From the NCBI GenBank assembly GCA_965637545.1, contig OZ281500.1, forward strand, positions 620,001-684,000: 64,000 nt of DNA. Direction: 5' to 3'. Position 1 is the stretch's first letter. Every line of letters starts with the position of its first letter. Below the pieces are notes generated by a model. It worked only from the letters and a program-made list of their open reading frames with translations, searched no databases and had not been told where the DNA came from. Positions 11,755-24,454 of the stretch are shown here, in pieces. The position numbers were made by a program, and so were the translations under genes. The stretch comes from Phallusia mammillata (lineage: Eukaryota).

Positions 11755-14632
11755 TGTGTGATACCATCCTGTCACATCGAAAAGGTTTTGCTATTTTGCT
11801 TGGAATAGGAAACACAGAAATTGTGGATTATTGTAACATGTCTTGATTGGTGTGTGTGTTTGCAGAAGCATAAGTAGGAAAAAGGGAATTAAATTCAGGC
11901 ATGTTGTGCAATAAATTCTAAACGTTTGTAATAGTCCAAAACAAACACACATAGTGTCTATGTAGGTAATTAATGTAGCATTATTATTGAACATAGTAAT
12001 ACTAATTATTTTATGCTGCAAGTTTTGTTTCTTACTCACTTCGTACATCACTGGCCATAACACTGTTTGTTATTGCTATTGTATCACACTGGGCTTCCAG
12101 GGTTAAAAATCCATTGTAAGCCATTACAGTAAAGTGGTAAAATTTAAAAAGTGGTGTTTCTTGTTTACTTATATGGCCTATATGTCTACCATGTGCAATT
12201 TATACAAAATTATGTGTCTTCCTATTACTTTATGTTTTTTTTCTTGCATTCTTCTGAAATGGTTCTTAGAATTGATATGAAGCAATGTAATCACCTCACT
12301 GCCATCTTACCAGGATGCTGTTGGTCAAACCTTTTTTACTACATACCTGACATACGCTTTAAACGAAATACAAATATGTTCGCAATTGTGTGGTCTACTT
12401 CATTGTATTGAAAGCTGTGAATATATTTGGGCCCACGATTAATTTAGGCAAGGAAAGGAAACTGGTTTTTAAAGCCCAATGATACAATGTTTATGAGACG
12501 GAAACGAAAGTGACAATTTATATTCATTCGACAAATCAGGTCCAAAGCCTTGTGACTGTGTTTTAAACATATATATATATATCCGGGTTTCAATGGATGT
12601 AAAATGCAGCAACCAACCAGTATCCGCATATTTTATTACCCGCGTCATTGGGTCTTCAAACAAATGTTAGTTTTGTTAGGCGTCTCCTGGTTCATGGACG
12701 TTGAAACGTAATAGTGCTGTGTTTGTCTGAAACTTTCAATGACTGCGTTTTGGGGCTCGTGTACATTGTAAGGCGAATAAGCTGACCGAAAACAGCCCTG
12801 GGCCGATTTCAGGTTAACCTGTGAAGCATTGAAAACAAACAAAGTCTGCCTTTTTTCTTTCGCGGGTCGTGTCAGGTGTGCTGTGAAGTACGTTAGAGGA
12901 AAATAATTTCGAGGTTCCGTTGAGTTGTGAGCCGTCTTTAACAAAGTAGATCTGTTGTTTAATGAAACTCTTACATGAAACATAAGCTGGAAATGATAAA
13001 GCAGTAACAGATGGATTGAGCACGGTGTATATGTTGTGTATAGCCGCTGCCCACAGATTGGTTTCCGATATAGATTAGCTGCCTTCTGTACAGCAGCAAC
13101 TAGTCAACTGTAGACGTGTTACTGTTAAAATATTGGTAATGTTCAGTAAGCATAATAGATATACTTATTTCGACTCAACGTAAATGGTCTGTGTCCGAGT
13201 TTGGTAGTTTTTGTTGTGAGTTGTGGGAAGGACTAGGTTACGATTTGTTTTCATAGGGTGTTTAGGTTATGCTTCTGCCTGTATATGGCCCAACTCTAAT
13301 TATGGATTGTTGAAATTAAAACGATTGGTTTGACACAGTTAACTTACAGTCAGCAGTTAAAGTTATGATCTGTAAAAATCGTGGTAGAAATTTAATATTT
13401 TAGCCCTTAAAAAAGGATCATCTTTATAGGTAATTTGAATACGTTTATTTTGTAAAAACCGTAGTGCTTTCTAATGAAAAATGCCACAACAGGGCATCGT
13501 AGACTTTTAACGTGACGCCCAATGATATTGTGACCAAAATTACGCAATTTGAGTCCATGAACTGGAAAGCAGTGTTACCAATTACCATTCAACGCTCGAG
13601 CGCACATCAAAAGATCGGCAGTAGTTTTTGTTTGTTGCAAGTGGCGAAACCTGTTTTCTCGACGGATCTTTACGACTGTGACCCCTGTTTGCTATGGCCC
13701 GCATAATTGTAAAGTAGAGCTTACTATTCTCTTGATAATTGGAAAATAACAAGGAGGTACGTAAGTCCAAGGTGCTGTAGTAATTTAATTGCATTTAAAA
13801 CATACAGCATCGAAGATTAAACGATTTATGACCATTGGTGCATTCAATGAAACTTCTATCATTAAGCCAATAGATTTGAAAGGTAGCCAAAACGTAGACA
13901 CGTTTAGTTGTAGAAATTCGCACGACGGTGTGATAATTGGTATGTGGGAATAGGCTGGAAACGCCTACTGGTAAACGTTTCCGTGATTGTTTGATTGATT
14001 AGTTTGAAGGTCGAGTTGGGCAAGCTTTAAACGGGTATTTGGAATTTAATGCAATCACGACGAGTTTTAAATAAACGTTGGTGTTTTACGGTCGTTTTCG
14101 CTACAAACCGAACCACAAAACGCAAACTTATGACTCGCTGTTCAACGGTGAGCTATTTAACAACCCTGGATTGGTTTATAAAATGAAAGGTGGAAATCGT
14201 TGCGACAATGGCAATAGAATAGGGAAAGATCCCCAGAATAAATTTAGCGTTAATAAACCATGTATTATGCTTACGAAGGAACAGCACTGGCAAATTGATA
14301 GCCAAATATTGTGTGTTACAAAGTTAAAAACTGGTAAACGTTCTTGATAGCTGCGCTGGTGAGCACGGATTCATACAATAAATCTCTGCCGTTCAAAAAC
14401 TCGCGTGTGGTCATTGGTCACAGCGCGCACATATCGCCTAGTGTTCCTCACTGTAGTCCTTAGTGCACTTAAGGTGCTTGCATATTTGCCTAGAAACGGA
14501 AAAGTAATGAAAATAGCCCCACGTTTTTTCGTATTCTGCTCAGATTTAACTTACAGCTTATGTGTGATCAGCATGTCGTGTTTCAGAACTAAATACACCC
14601 CAGTCAAAACGGTAATTAAATATTCTTTGCAG

Positions 14633-17600
14633 ATGGAGTTTTCAATGTTAGTCGTAGTTTTGTCGTTTTTTCTACTCTGTGTATCAGCGGCTCCTTTGAA
14701 TGGAGAATCAAGTGCGGGATACAAGGCTCGTTTAATGGCGGAGAGGAACAAGGCTTTCAAGGAGGCCAACCCGAATTTACAAGGTCGTTTTAGCAATATG
14801 GCTGACCTTCGGAATACCAACAAGGAAAATGAGGGGTTTGCTGCTACCAATGGACAAACGCCGCCCGTTGGTGTCGCCCGTGTGCAAGACACAAGCCAGC
14901 AGCTACCCTTTGGCTATCCGGCAGATATTAAAGCTCCTTTAAACCTCAACGGATTGGTTTCGAATATGAATTCGCTTGAAACAAACGCGGGTCGTTCAAC
15001 ATTTCCTGGATCGTCGGTAGAAGGAAATGTTCCAGTCGCACTAGAGAGTGCGAACGACGTTGGTGACAAGATGGACGCCATTGAAGTTGAACTGGGTAAA
15101 GAAGATGGGGTTAAGGGCGACAGAAACGACGAAGGTGACAGCACAAATACTCAACGAGAGGACACAACCGTAAAAGGAGAAGACACAAATTCCCAAGAAG
15201 AGGCACCCAAAGTCCAAGGAGAGGTCCCCAACGTCCCAGAAGAGGACACCATGGGTCAAGAAGGCGCCTTCAAAGTCCAAGTTGACAACACAGATAATCA
15301 AGAACTGGTCACCAAAGACCAAGGAGAGGACACCATTGGTCAAGAAGATGTCCCCAAAGTCCAAGGAGAGGAGACAAATAATCCAGAAGAGGTCCCCGAA
15401 GTCCAAGCAGAAGAGACAAATAATCCAGAAGAGATCCCCGAAGTACAAGGAGAAGAGACAAATAATCCAGAAGAGATCCCCGAAATCCAAGGAGACAACA
15501 CCATTAACCAGGAAGAGGTCCCCAAAGTCCATGGAGAGGAGACCATTAACCAAGAAGAGGTCCCCAAAGTCCAAGAAGACATCACCATTAACCAAGAAGA
15601 GGTCCCCAAAGTCCAGGAAGAGGAGACCATTAACCAAGAAGCGGTCCCCAAAGTCCAAGAAGACAACACCATTAATCAAGAAGAGGTCCCCGAAGTCCAA
15701 GCAGAAGAGACAAATAATCCAGAAGAGATCCCCGAAGTACAAGGAGAAGAGACAAATAATCCAGAAGAGATCCCCGAAATCCAAGGAGACAACACCATTA
15801 ACCAGGAAAAGGTCCCCAAAGTCCAGGGAGAGGAGACCATTAACCAAGAAGAGGTCCCCAAAGTCCAAGGAGACGACACCATTAACCAGCAAGAGGTCCC
15901 CAAAGTCCAGGAAGAGGACACCATTAACCAGGAGGAGGTCCCCAAAGTCCCAGAAGACAACATCATTAAGGAAGAAGAGGTCCCCACAGTCCAAGGAGAG
16001 GACACGATTAACCAAGAAGAGGTCCCTAAAGTCCAAGGAGACAACACCATTAACCAGGAAGAGGTCCCCAAAGTTCAGGGAGAGGACATCATTAACCAGG
16101 AAGAGGTCCTCAAAGTCCAAGAAGACAACACCATTAACCAGGAAGAGGTCCCCAAAGTCCATGGAGAGGAGACCATTCACCAAGAAGAGGTCCCCAAAGT
16201 CCAAGAAGACATCACCATTAACCAAGAAGAGGTCCCCAAAGTCCAAGAAGACATCACCATTAACCAAGAAGAGGTCCCCAAAGTCCAGGGAGAGGAGACC
16301 ATTAACCAGCAAGAGGTCCCCAAAGTCCATGGAGAGGAGACCATTAACCAAGAAGAGGTCCCCAAAGTCCAGGGAGAGGACATCATTAACCAGGAAGAGG
16401 TCCTCAAAGTCCAAGAAGACAACACCATTAACCAGGAAGAGGTCCCCAAAGTCCAGGGAGAGGAGACCATTAACCAGCAAGAGGTCCCCAAAGTCCATGG
16501 AGAGGAGACCATTAACCAAGAAGAGGTCCCCAAAGTCCAGGGAGAGGACATCATTAACCAGGAAGAGGTCCTCAAAGTCCAAGAAGACAACACCATTAAC
16601 CAGGAAGAGGTCCCCAAAGTCCAGGGAGAGGACATCATTAACCAGGAAGAGGTCCTCAAAGTCCAAGGAGACGACACCATTAACCAGCAAGAGGTCCCCA
16701 AAGTCCAGGAAGAGGACACCATTAACCAGGAGGAGGTCCCCAAAGTCCAAGAAGACATCACCATTAACCAAGAAGAGGTCCCCACAGTCCAAGGAGAGGA
16801 CACGATTAACCAAGAAGAGGTCCCTAAAGTCCAAGGAGACAACACCATTAACCAGGAAGAGGTCCCCAAAGTCCAGGGAGAGGACATCATTAACCAGGAA
16901 GAGGTCCTCAAAGTCCAAGAAGACAACACCATTAACCAGGAAGAGGTCCCCAAAGTCCATGGAGAGGAGACCATTAACCAAGAAGAGGTCCCCAAAGTCC
17001 AAGAAGACATCACCATTAACCAAGAAGAGGTCCCCAAAGTCCAAGAAGACATCACCATTAACCAAGAAGAGGTCCCCAAAGTCCAGGGAGAGGAGACCAT
17101 TAACCAGCAAGAGGTCCCCAAAGTCCATGGAGAGGAGACCATTAACCAAGAAGAGGTCCCCAAAGTCCAAGAAGACAACACCATTAACCAGGAAGAGGTC
17201 CCCAAAGTCCATGGAGAGGAGACCATTAACCAGGAAGAGGTCCCCAAAGTCCAAGAAGACAACACCATTGACCAAGAAGAGAACATAGAAGTTCAAGAAA
17301 ACGACATAAATTTTGAACAAGAAGACATGATTGCCAAAGAAGACAACATGGGTTTCCAGGTTGACACAACAAATTCCCAAATTAACAACATAGATTTTCA
17401 AGAAGATTCCATTAATATGGAAGACGACACATTAGATGTCGAAGTAGACAATGCTCGAGATGAAGATGTTTTTGGACAAGAAAGTAACGTAGAAGAAGTT
17501 GAAGGCAATTTAATCCCGAATGATGATTACGAGCAAGAAAATGAAGGTAAGTTTGGAAATTTGGCTTGGTAATGTTGCAGTGTCGAAACCCAAAAGTATG

Positions 17601-18401
17601 TTTGCAGAAGGAACAACTTAGTTTTGTGACATTTGTATGCAATTTAAACTTAAGATTTGATATACGGAAAAAAATATTACAACAAAGTGTGAATTTTACC
17701 ACACACCTAAACTAGCATTGTTAAACAAGTCAGCATAATTGAACAAATAACATACCCAGTCTTAAACATCTATTTTATTGCTATCCGTGATATAATCGAG
17801 GGATAGGCCAAAACTGCGAATTCTGTTTGGTCGAGCACCGAGCATCTCACGTTAAAGCTCGGTCCTCGACAAACACGCTCGCTGCATTGTGGCGTCACAA
17901 TTATTCCCAATTCCAAGCTAGCTTGTAGCTTTTCAAGGTGCCCTTGACATTACCAGCGGTGCATTAAGCTGTATAGGCCCCAGAAGTGCGCGTTTTCCAC
18001 CATCTAACCCATTTAAAGTCACTTATGTCAGTCTTTCAGGGTTCTGTGCTCGGCTCATCCCTAATAACTACCATTAATTGAAAGTTTTGCTTGTAGACGA
18101 AAATCCTTTCGAAGATGATGACGAAATCGAATACGAGAGAGAAGATGATGACGAAAGGAAAACAACCCTGACGCAGCAGGAAATGGACGATTATGTTAGA
18201 CGTCACTCTCACAGTAACCACTTCGGTTTTTCGTTCATGCTCTTCTGTGTCGTAGCTGTCGCGGGGTTTCTATACTTCGGCGGCTGGAGGGCGGTAAAGG
18301 GGGCGGCTTACGGACTTTACATGGAAAGTAAACATAGAAGCGGATTCTCAAGATCGAGGAATGACGGCTACGTTCTCATGACTAACTCGAAACGGGCGTG
18401 A
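14633..18401 (+). CDS. Type I membrane protein with long acidic tandem-repeat ectodomain; TGN38/TGN46 (TGOLN2)/KCT2-like architecture
   Basis: Exon 1 14633-17546 starts at an ATG directly after a TTCTTTGCAG acceptor, encodes signal peptide MEFSMLVVVLSFFLLCVSA and ends at donor G|GTAAGT. Exon 2 18097-18401 (TTGTAG|AC, phase 1 matches) encodes an acidic stretch, SNHF-TM (GFSFMLFCVVAVAGFLYF) and a short basic tail with a YxxPhi motif (DGYVLM). The family call rests on architecture, not clear sequence identity. Confidence 0.75.
15220..17290 (+). repeat. Coding minisatellite, 42-bp unit (14 aa, NQEEVPKVQGEETI consensus), ~49 units
   Basis: Unit TAACCAAGAAGAGGTCCCCAAAGTCCAAGGAGACGACACCAT recurs throughout. 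Higher-order duplications have periods of 294 nt (7 units) and 798 nt (19 units). Confidence 0.95.
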
Positions 18402-19470
18402 CGCGACTAGTGATTGAGCTTTTTTACACTTTATCGCTTATTTTCGGGTTCCATACCGTTTTATGCGATTTGATACCAAGTGCGCATAAATAGATGCGGT
18501 TTAGTGCAGTTCGACAAACGATGGCTACAATTGCCTTGGTTTAATGAAGCCGCTTATTATTTTACTTTAGATTATTATCAATGAACTTTTTATACTTTGT
18601 TGCACCTTAAGTTTTTATTTTTATTTTATCGAAGCTATTTTGATGTAAGTCGAATATTCAATGCCGACGGGGTGCCTTAAAATCAACATGTACTGAATTG
18701 CCTGCAGATGCAGACCGTTATGTCTTTATCTCTTTTTCTGCAAAGCATTTTTTGCCCGGATTATTATTAGTTTTCCCACATTTCAATACCTGGTGCTTTT
18801 TTTCTGCCTGTAATTGTTATCCAATCCTTACAGCGATGCAGTTATGTACTTAACGTTTGTAATCCACATATATGCACAAGGTACGCAGAATTCCATCTAT
18901 ATCTAATGTTATTTATGCCTTTCAAATGTGCGAACGATATTTCGCCTACCTTAGTTCTTTACGTGCGGTAGTATTGTGAAACCACATATGCGCAACATGC
19001 AAGTTCAGAATAACTGGCAGTTGAACTAGGTCTGTCCGCAGAAAGGTAAGCGACATAAGTGGAAGGTCCTTACCAACCACCTTGCCCCCTTGTAGCCCTT
19101 GAAGTTGGATACATTTAGTCGGTTTATTTGTTAATATGATTAACACAGCATAAGGAAGTGCTGTATAACAAAGATTAATTCAGCCAATGTTCAGTTCTGG
19201 TGCAGTATCCGTCATTGCACACAATTAAATCTGAACACCTTCAAGGTGGTACAGCTACACAAATCCTTTTTCACACAATCCACATTATTAATTTTGAACA
19301 GTTTCTGTTTATTGAATTGCACAGCAATGCACCTCTGAAACCCGGCTGCTATGCATGTAACAAACATAGAATTCCTTGCGTTGCAATTAAGCACAGCAGT
19401 CATCTTGTATTTCCTGTGCAGCTTAAATTCCCGTCCATCACAACACCGCATGCTAATTGGTTAAACGATG

Positions 19471-22400
19471 TCACGTGTCAGTGCTGCGCACGCGTAGTAC
19501 CACAGGCACAGAAGTGCAAGGGATTTTCCCCAACTCCGTCACAACCATTGCTACGTAATCGGGCGGTGTTACGTCATAAGTCAAATGAAGAACCTGTTTA
19601 AATATTGAAGAAACTGTTTATTTGTGTTCCCTGCAGACATTACCAAAATACTTCTTGTATAATGTACTTGCTACACTACTGCAGTAGCATATAGGGCCAA
19701 TATCTTGTTACCAGCTGCACTAATGATACCTTGTAGGCAGTGGTGGGATTCAAATTTTTCGTCAGCCGGTTCTATCACAAAGTCATATTTTTCAGCAGGT
19801 CCATTGACAGTAACCAGTAATGCTAACCGGTTCGCTGATCTCATAAAATTTAGTGAGATTATTAAACTGGTGCAAACCGCTGAATCCCACCACTGGGTGT
19901 AGGCCAAAACATACAACATACATGCACTTGTTCATTAAATTTGAAAAGGTAGAGTATACAAATGTGTGCAGGCAGTTTTTAATTCTGCACAATAGTTTTG
20001 ATTCATCACAGCAGCAGCATATGGGAGCAGTTTCTGGCATAACAAAGAGCGTTTAGCAAGAAGATAAGAGTTTTTCGGGTTTCTTTTACAAAAGAACACA
20101 AACAAGATCACTTACTTTTAGAGAGTCCATTTGTTTCCAATCTTCTTCATCAAGAAGAGAAGGATTAGATTTGTGGGAATTAGTTTTGACCAACAGATCT
20201 CGGGGGTCACCTGTGAAACATGGTTACTGTTGAATAGTAAACTATAGGCAGCACATATTTAAAACAGTAATTGACTGTAATGGAAAAGTGTATTTCACCC
20301 AGCAGGTGGGAAAGTGATATCATGTTTAATTCATTTACCCTAAAAAAGTTCTGATGTATAAGTCACATTTAAAAGTTAGGCTAGGAAGTCAACTGAAAAA
20401 TAAACATATTTACCAGCTGTTAAGGTTTTTGTTTGAATCAATAAATAGTACATGTAAAAAGTGCATAGCGAACAGAACAGAGTGAAAACAGTTATGAAGC
20501 CATTACTAGTATATAGAGCAAAAACAATCTCTATCATTCCCTGCTTGAGTTTTTTGACAGATCACCTGTAAGTTTAATGCTCATTTTAATTCATAATTGT
20601 TGTTCACCACTGGTGGTGGGATGCAATGCTGTGGTAATGTTTTCAAAACCTGATATTTACCTATTTCATTGTTGACAAACGAGTCGGCCTGGACTCTCTC
20701 ACAGAACTTGTAGGCTTCACAACAAACGATCACTGGCACTCCACATGCCTTTGCTGCCATGGCAACCATTGACGTGCCCACCGATCCCATCACATATCCA
20801 TTGGATAGCAGGCCATGTGCACCAAGAACCACTTTTGTGACCTGTTTTATGTTAAATGCAATGACATTATACAGATCCCCCAGCCTAAATTCCTAAACAC
20901 TAGTAAAGAAACACAGTTTGAGTGTGCCTAGAGGATGTGCATTGAACATAAAATTAAATGTTATAAACCCCAGATCCACAAGCTTAGGACGTGTTTAAAA
21001 AAATCAACCAAAATGAAACCAACTAACGTAATGTACCTCTGGCATTATATATGATGCTGCTGACACAAGGACGTATGAACATTGGATTCCAGCTTGGCGC
21101 AATCTCCTTAGCGCTCCACGACCAGCAAGTTTTGGTCTGCTGTCGACAACAACCACACGAAAGTTTCGTCCAACTTTGTGGGCATCGCACAGGACGCGAG
21201 TGATCAGTGATGAACTGTGAAATCATACATTGAACAGAATAGAGTTTCGCAAGGGTTGTGTTTATGTTAATAATGATGCTCATAATTGCAGAATTAGTGT
21301 ATTTATGTCATTTCCTGGTATGATACACAAAATACATTTTGCTTGAATTGCAAATACCATACCAGGCATGTACTTATTGAGACCCTCAGAAAGTAAATTT
21401 GTTAAAAAAGGCTACATAATATATCATATTTTCTTTGGAGATCTTGTGTGTAAAACTTACTTTCCATAAATCATTACAACATCTCCGTCACTGATCTTTG
21501 TGCAAGCCGAATCTGAAATTGCCTTCCCAGCCAACACAATGTTCACCCTCACAAATTCACGAAGACTGTCAACCAAGCGGGACTTGGCCTGGATAAAATA
21601 TTAGTGCATTAGATGGATGTTAGACTATAATTATAAACCATATCTAGGTGAGCGAAATTCCTGACAATTTTATCAATATTTTTGGCAACACAAAACTTGC
21701 ATTCTAAGCTTGTTGTTACATTTTATAAGATATTGGCAAAAAAGCATTACTATCACAGAGATAAAAAGCGCAGTTTTTGTTACTTAAAAGTTTTTAAAAC
21801 TTTACCAAACCAGAAGGAAATGGTTTTGGGGCAATCTGGTCCTTTTACAAGGATATTCTATGCTTTAAACAAGCAAAAAATCACCGAATTGCCTTTCATT
21901 TAATGCTGATTAGTTTCTTTGCATGTGTGCCCGATTTGAGGCTCCCAGAAAAAAATTGAGAATTACTGTAGGTTAAGCAACCAGATGTGAAACATTTGGA
22001 TTTTAGGAGTTCCGGACACAGATTTTCTGCCATAATTCCAGACATTTCCAGACATCTGGTAACACTACATTAGACTTAAGTATAAAAATGCCACCAACTG
22101 AGAAACTGTTTAGGAATTACAGTGTAGCTGAAGTTTTGTTTGTCGTTTTATTGTTTACAGAGACAACAACTTAGCTTGGTATATATCAACATACTCCAGT
22201 GCATCAATTCATTAATAGCATAAAGCAATAAAGTTATAACTTACTTCAGAGTCTGACATTTTTCTGCAAACACTAATTTGCAACTTCATAAACTTGATTG
22301 CACTTCCCATTGATACGGATAACGGTCGGCACTGATTCAAGTAACTGTGCAAGTTTATAATTGATAAAGTGAATCAGGTAAAAGTTTCAGAGGCCTCATC

Positions 22401-24454
22401 ATACTAATGATTAGTGCTGATAATTACTAATCCAGTTTTGCTGCACAATGATTCCCAAACAGTGGCCTACTATTGCTTAAAAAGTGATAAATGCAAATTG
22501 CTATAAATGGTGATAGTTATTTAGTTGTAACAACGGTTTACCTGATAGCAGGTTTCAATTTCATTTCCAGGTCTCTTGAGAGTTCTTTGTGTTGTGGAGT
22601 TACATAATCTTTTATTACTCGACACACCGCAGAAATGAGGGCAGCACACCGAGCATTGGAGCCCGTTATAAGACCTTCAGCATACTGCAGCCCAAGTTGG
22701 ATTATTGCTGGGTGGATTCCTGTGTTGCCAAACCTTCAAAAATGCATTTGAGTCGGTGAATAACAGTAAATGATTAGGGCACCCTTAGCCAGTGATTTCT
22801 CTCTTATGATTTATTTTTACACTTATGTTGCACTGCTTCTTTGTGGCATCATCATTAAGCTATACTACCAAAAAAATCAAAGCCACACAGATTTTTATGC
22901 TTAGTTTACAAAGTTGGTTTGCAATTTTAACACTAGTGTAGCCAATAATCACAATTTACCAATAACATAAATATTTACTGACCCCATATTGCTTGTGATT
23001 GAAAGGCTTCTTTCATACTGATGTAGGTGTGAAAACAAAGCGACCTTTTTCTGACCTTCAGCACGTTGTGGAACCTGCTGCTTTTCCAGCTTTTTGGCAG
23101 CTTTCTTTTGCACTTTGGGGTCATCAGCCTAATCAGAAAGATAACACAGTTAAAAAGTCTTGTGTTGGTGTATACCAGCATTTCTTAATCAGCGGGCCAT
23201 AGAGCAGTTTGCAAGTGGACCAAGTCTGTCTTGCACAAATTTTTATTCACCCAGCTCCAGTTTTCTCTTTACAAAATGCATGTTCTGTTTATGTTACATT
23301 TCCCGATGTGACACAATCCTCCCCTTTGATTTGTCTAACAATTATCTTCTTGTTGTAAAAGCAAGTTTGTAGCAAAACTTATATAAATTGACTAATGTTT
23401 TTGTCTTTCATGGGCACACACTTCAATTTAGTATATGAACTGGTTTACTATTTTAAACAGCAGGCAAGTTTTGCACTAAAACAAGTAGATTTTAATGACA
23501 TAGTGGGCCACAATGTTTGCTTATTGTTTGGGGCCACATAAGAACAAAGGTTGAGAAACAGGGGTCTAAGCACACAGTATTTGTGCACCGATTTTTTGTC
23601 ATAAGGTACAGGTAAAATTCAAGCAACAAATAATCTGAAATATTTTTGATGCAGCATCATTAGTATCAACTGAAGCAGCACAAACTATTAAATTGAACTT
23701 AACATATGTACACAATGCACAGTAACTATTCTGGGCAAAAATATATGAGCCAATATCTGAAAAAAAACATCACTACTTTTCGACAGGTTCTTATGTCATC
23801 GTCAGGTAAAAATGAATGCAACACAAGGAATGTAACTTAGTGCCGTACAACTGTTAAAAAAGGACGACACGAAGTTTGAGATACTGTCAAAACATTGTTA
23901 TGTTTTTCTCCCAAATACTGACTTGTATCTATTGGCTCATAACTAAACAAAATTTGATAACAAAATGCCAAACCTGAATATTAGCAGGAACTTGTGGACC
24001 TTTTAATTTTGACCCACCGCTTGTTTGTTCAGCTTTCATGGCAGCTTTTGCAGCACGATCGGCTTCCTAATAACACAAAATTACAAAATAATGTTGTTTA
24101 ATCTGTAAATGATTTTTTAATGTTTTTATTGCAATCACCTGTTTCGCTCGTCTCTCAGCTCGTAGCTCAGCCTTTGACTTTTGTAATACATTGCTGCTTG
24201 AGGCATCAGTACCAGGAAAACTCTAAAAATATGTAATTGGTATTTTGTCACTGAATTTCACAAAGAACAGTTCACTTATTCAGTTCAGAAAAACAAACAC
24301 AAGATTGTCTTTTCTTCTAATTTACCGTTTGTACCTGGGTAGTTGATTGTGTTGCTTTCCCAGATACTTTAGCTTTTCTTCGTTCTTTTTTTAGCTGTTT
24401 CTTCTGTTCAGCAGTTAAACCTGAATTTTGGTCTCCTCCTGCTGTACGTTCCAT
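19471..24454 (-). CDS. EIF2B4: Translation initiation factor eIF-2B subunit delta
   Basis: 11 exons (-): 24454-24335, 24222-24139, 24066-23974, 23128-22983, 22733-22542, 22344-22245, 21588-21461, 21214-21037, 20841-20661, 20210-20116, 19593-19471. Total 1440 nt, phases consistent. Motifs [90 protein letters not shown]. Confidence 0.97.
19738..19895. mobile_element. hAT-like MITE (CAGTGGTGGGATTC family), copy 2, in last EIF2B4 intron
   Basis: TIRs CAGTGGTGGGATTCA / TGAATCCCACCACTG; degenerate 8-bp TSD CTTGTAGG / GGTGTAGG. Confidence 0.8.

Noticed and set aside
12444-13794. Cluster of minus-strand ORFs suggesting a gene between the thioredoxin and repeat genes
   Set aside because: I could not join them with consistent phases without stops or implausibly short introns.
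14405-14632. 5' extension of the 1055-aa ORF from a GTG start
   Set aside because: Non-ATG start. The signal peptide begins at ATG 14633, directly after a splice-acceptor-like TTCTTTGCAG.
15041-17401. Long antisense ORFs (786, 369, 131 and 110 aa) over the repeat
   Set aside because: They are shadows of a stop-poor 42-bp unit, with periodic hydrophobic text and no independent start or splice context.
1-24454. Apparent ER/secretory-pathway gene cluster (TRAM1, membrane thioredoxin, TGN-like protein, eIF2B-delta) next to disulfide-rich receptors
   Set aside because: Nothing in the sequence indicates co-regulation or an operon. Strands are mixed, and chance adjacency of housekeeping genes is sufficient.
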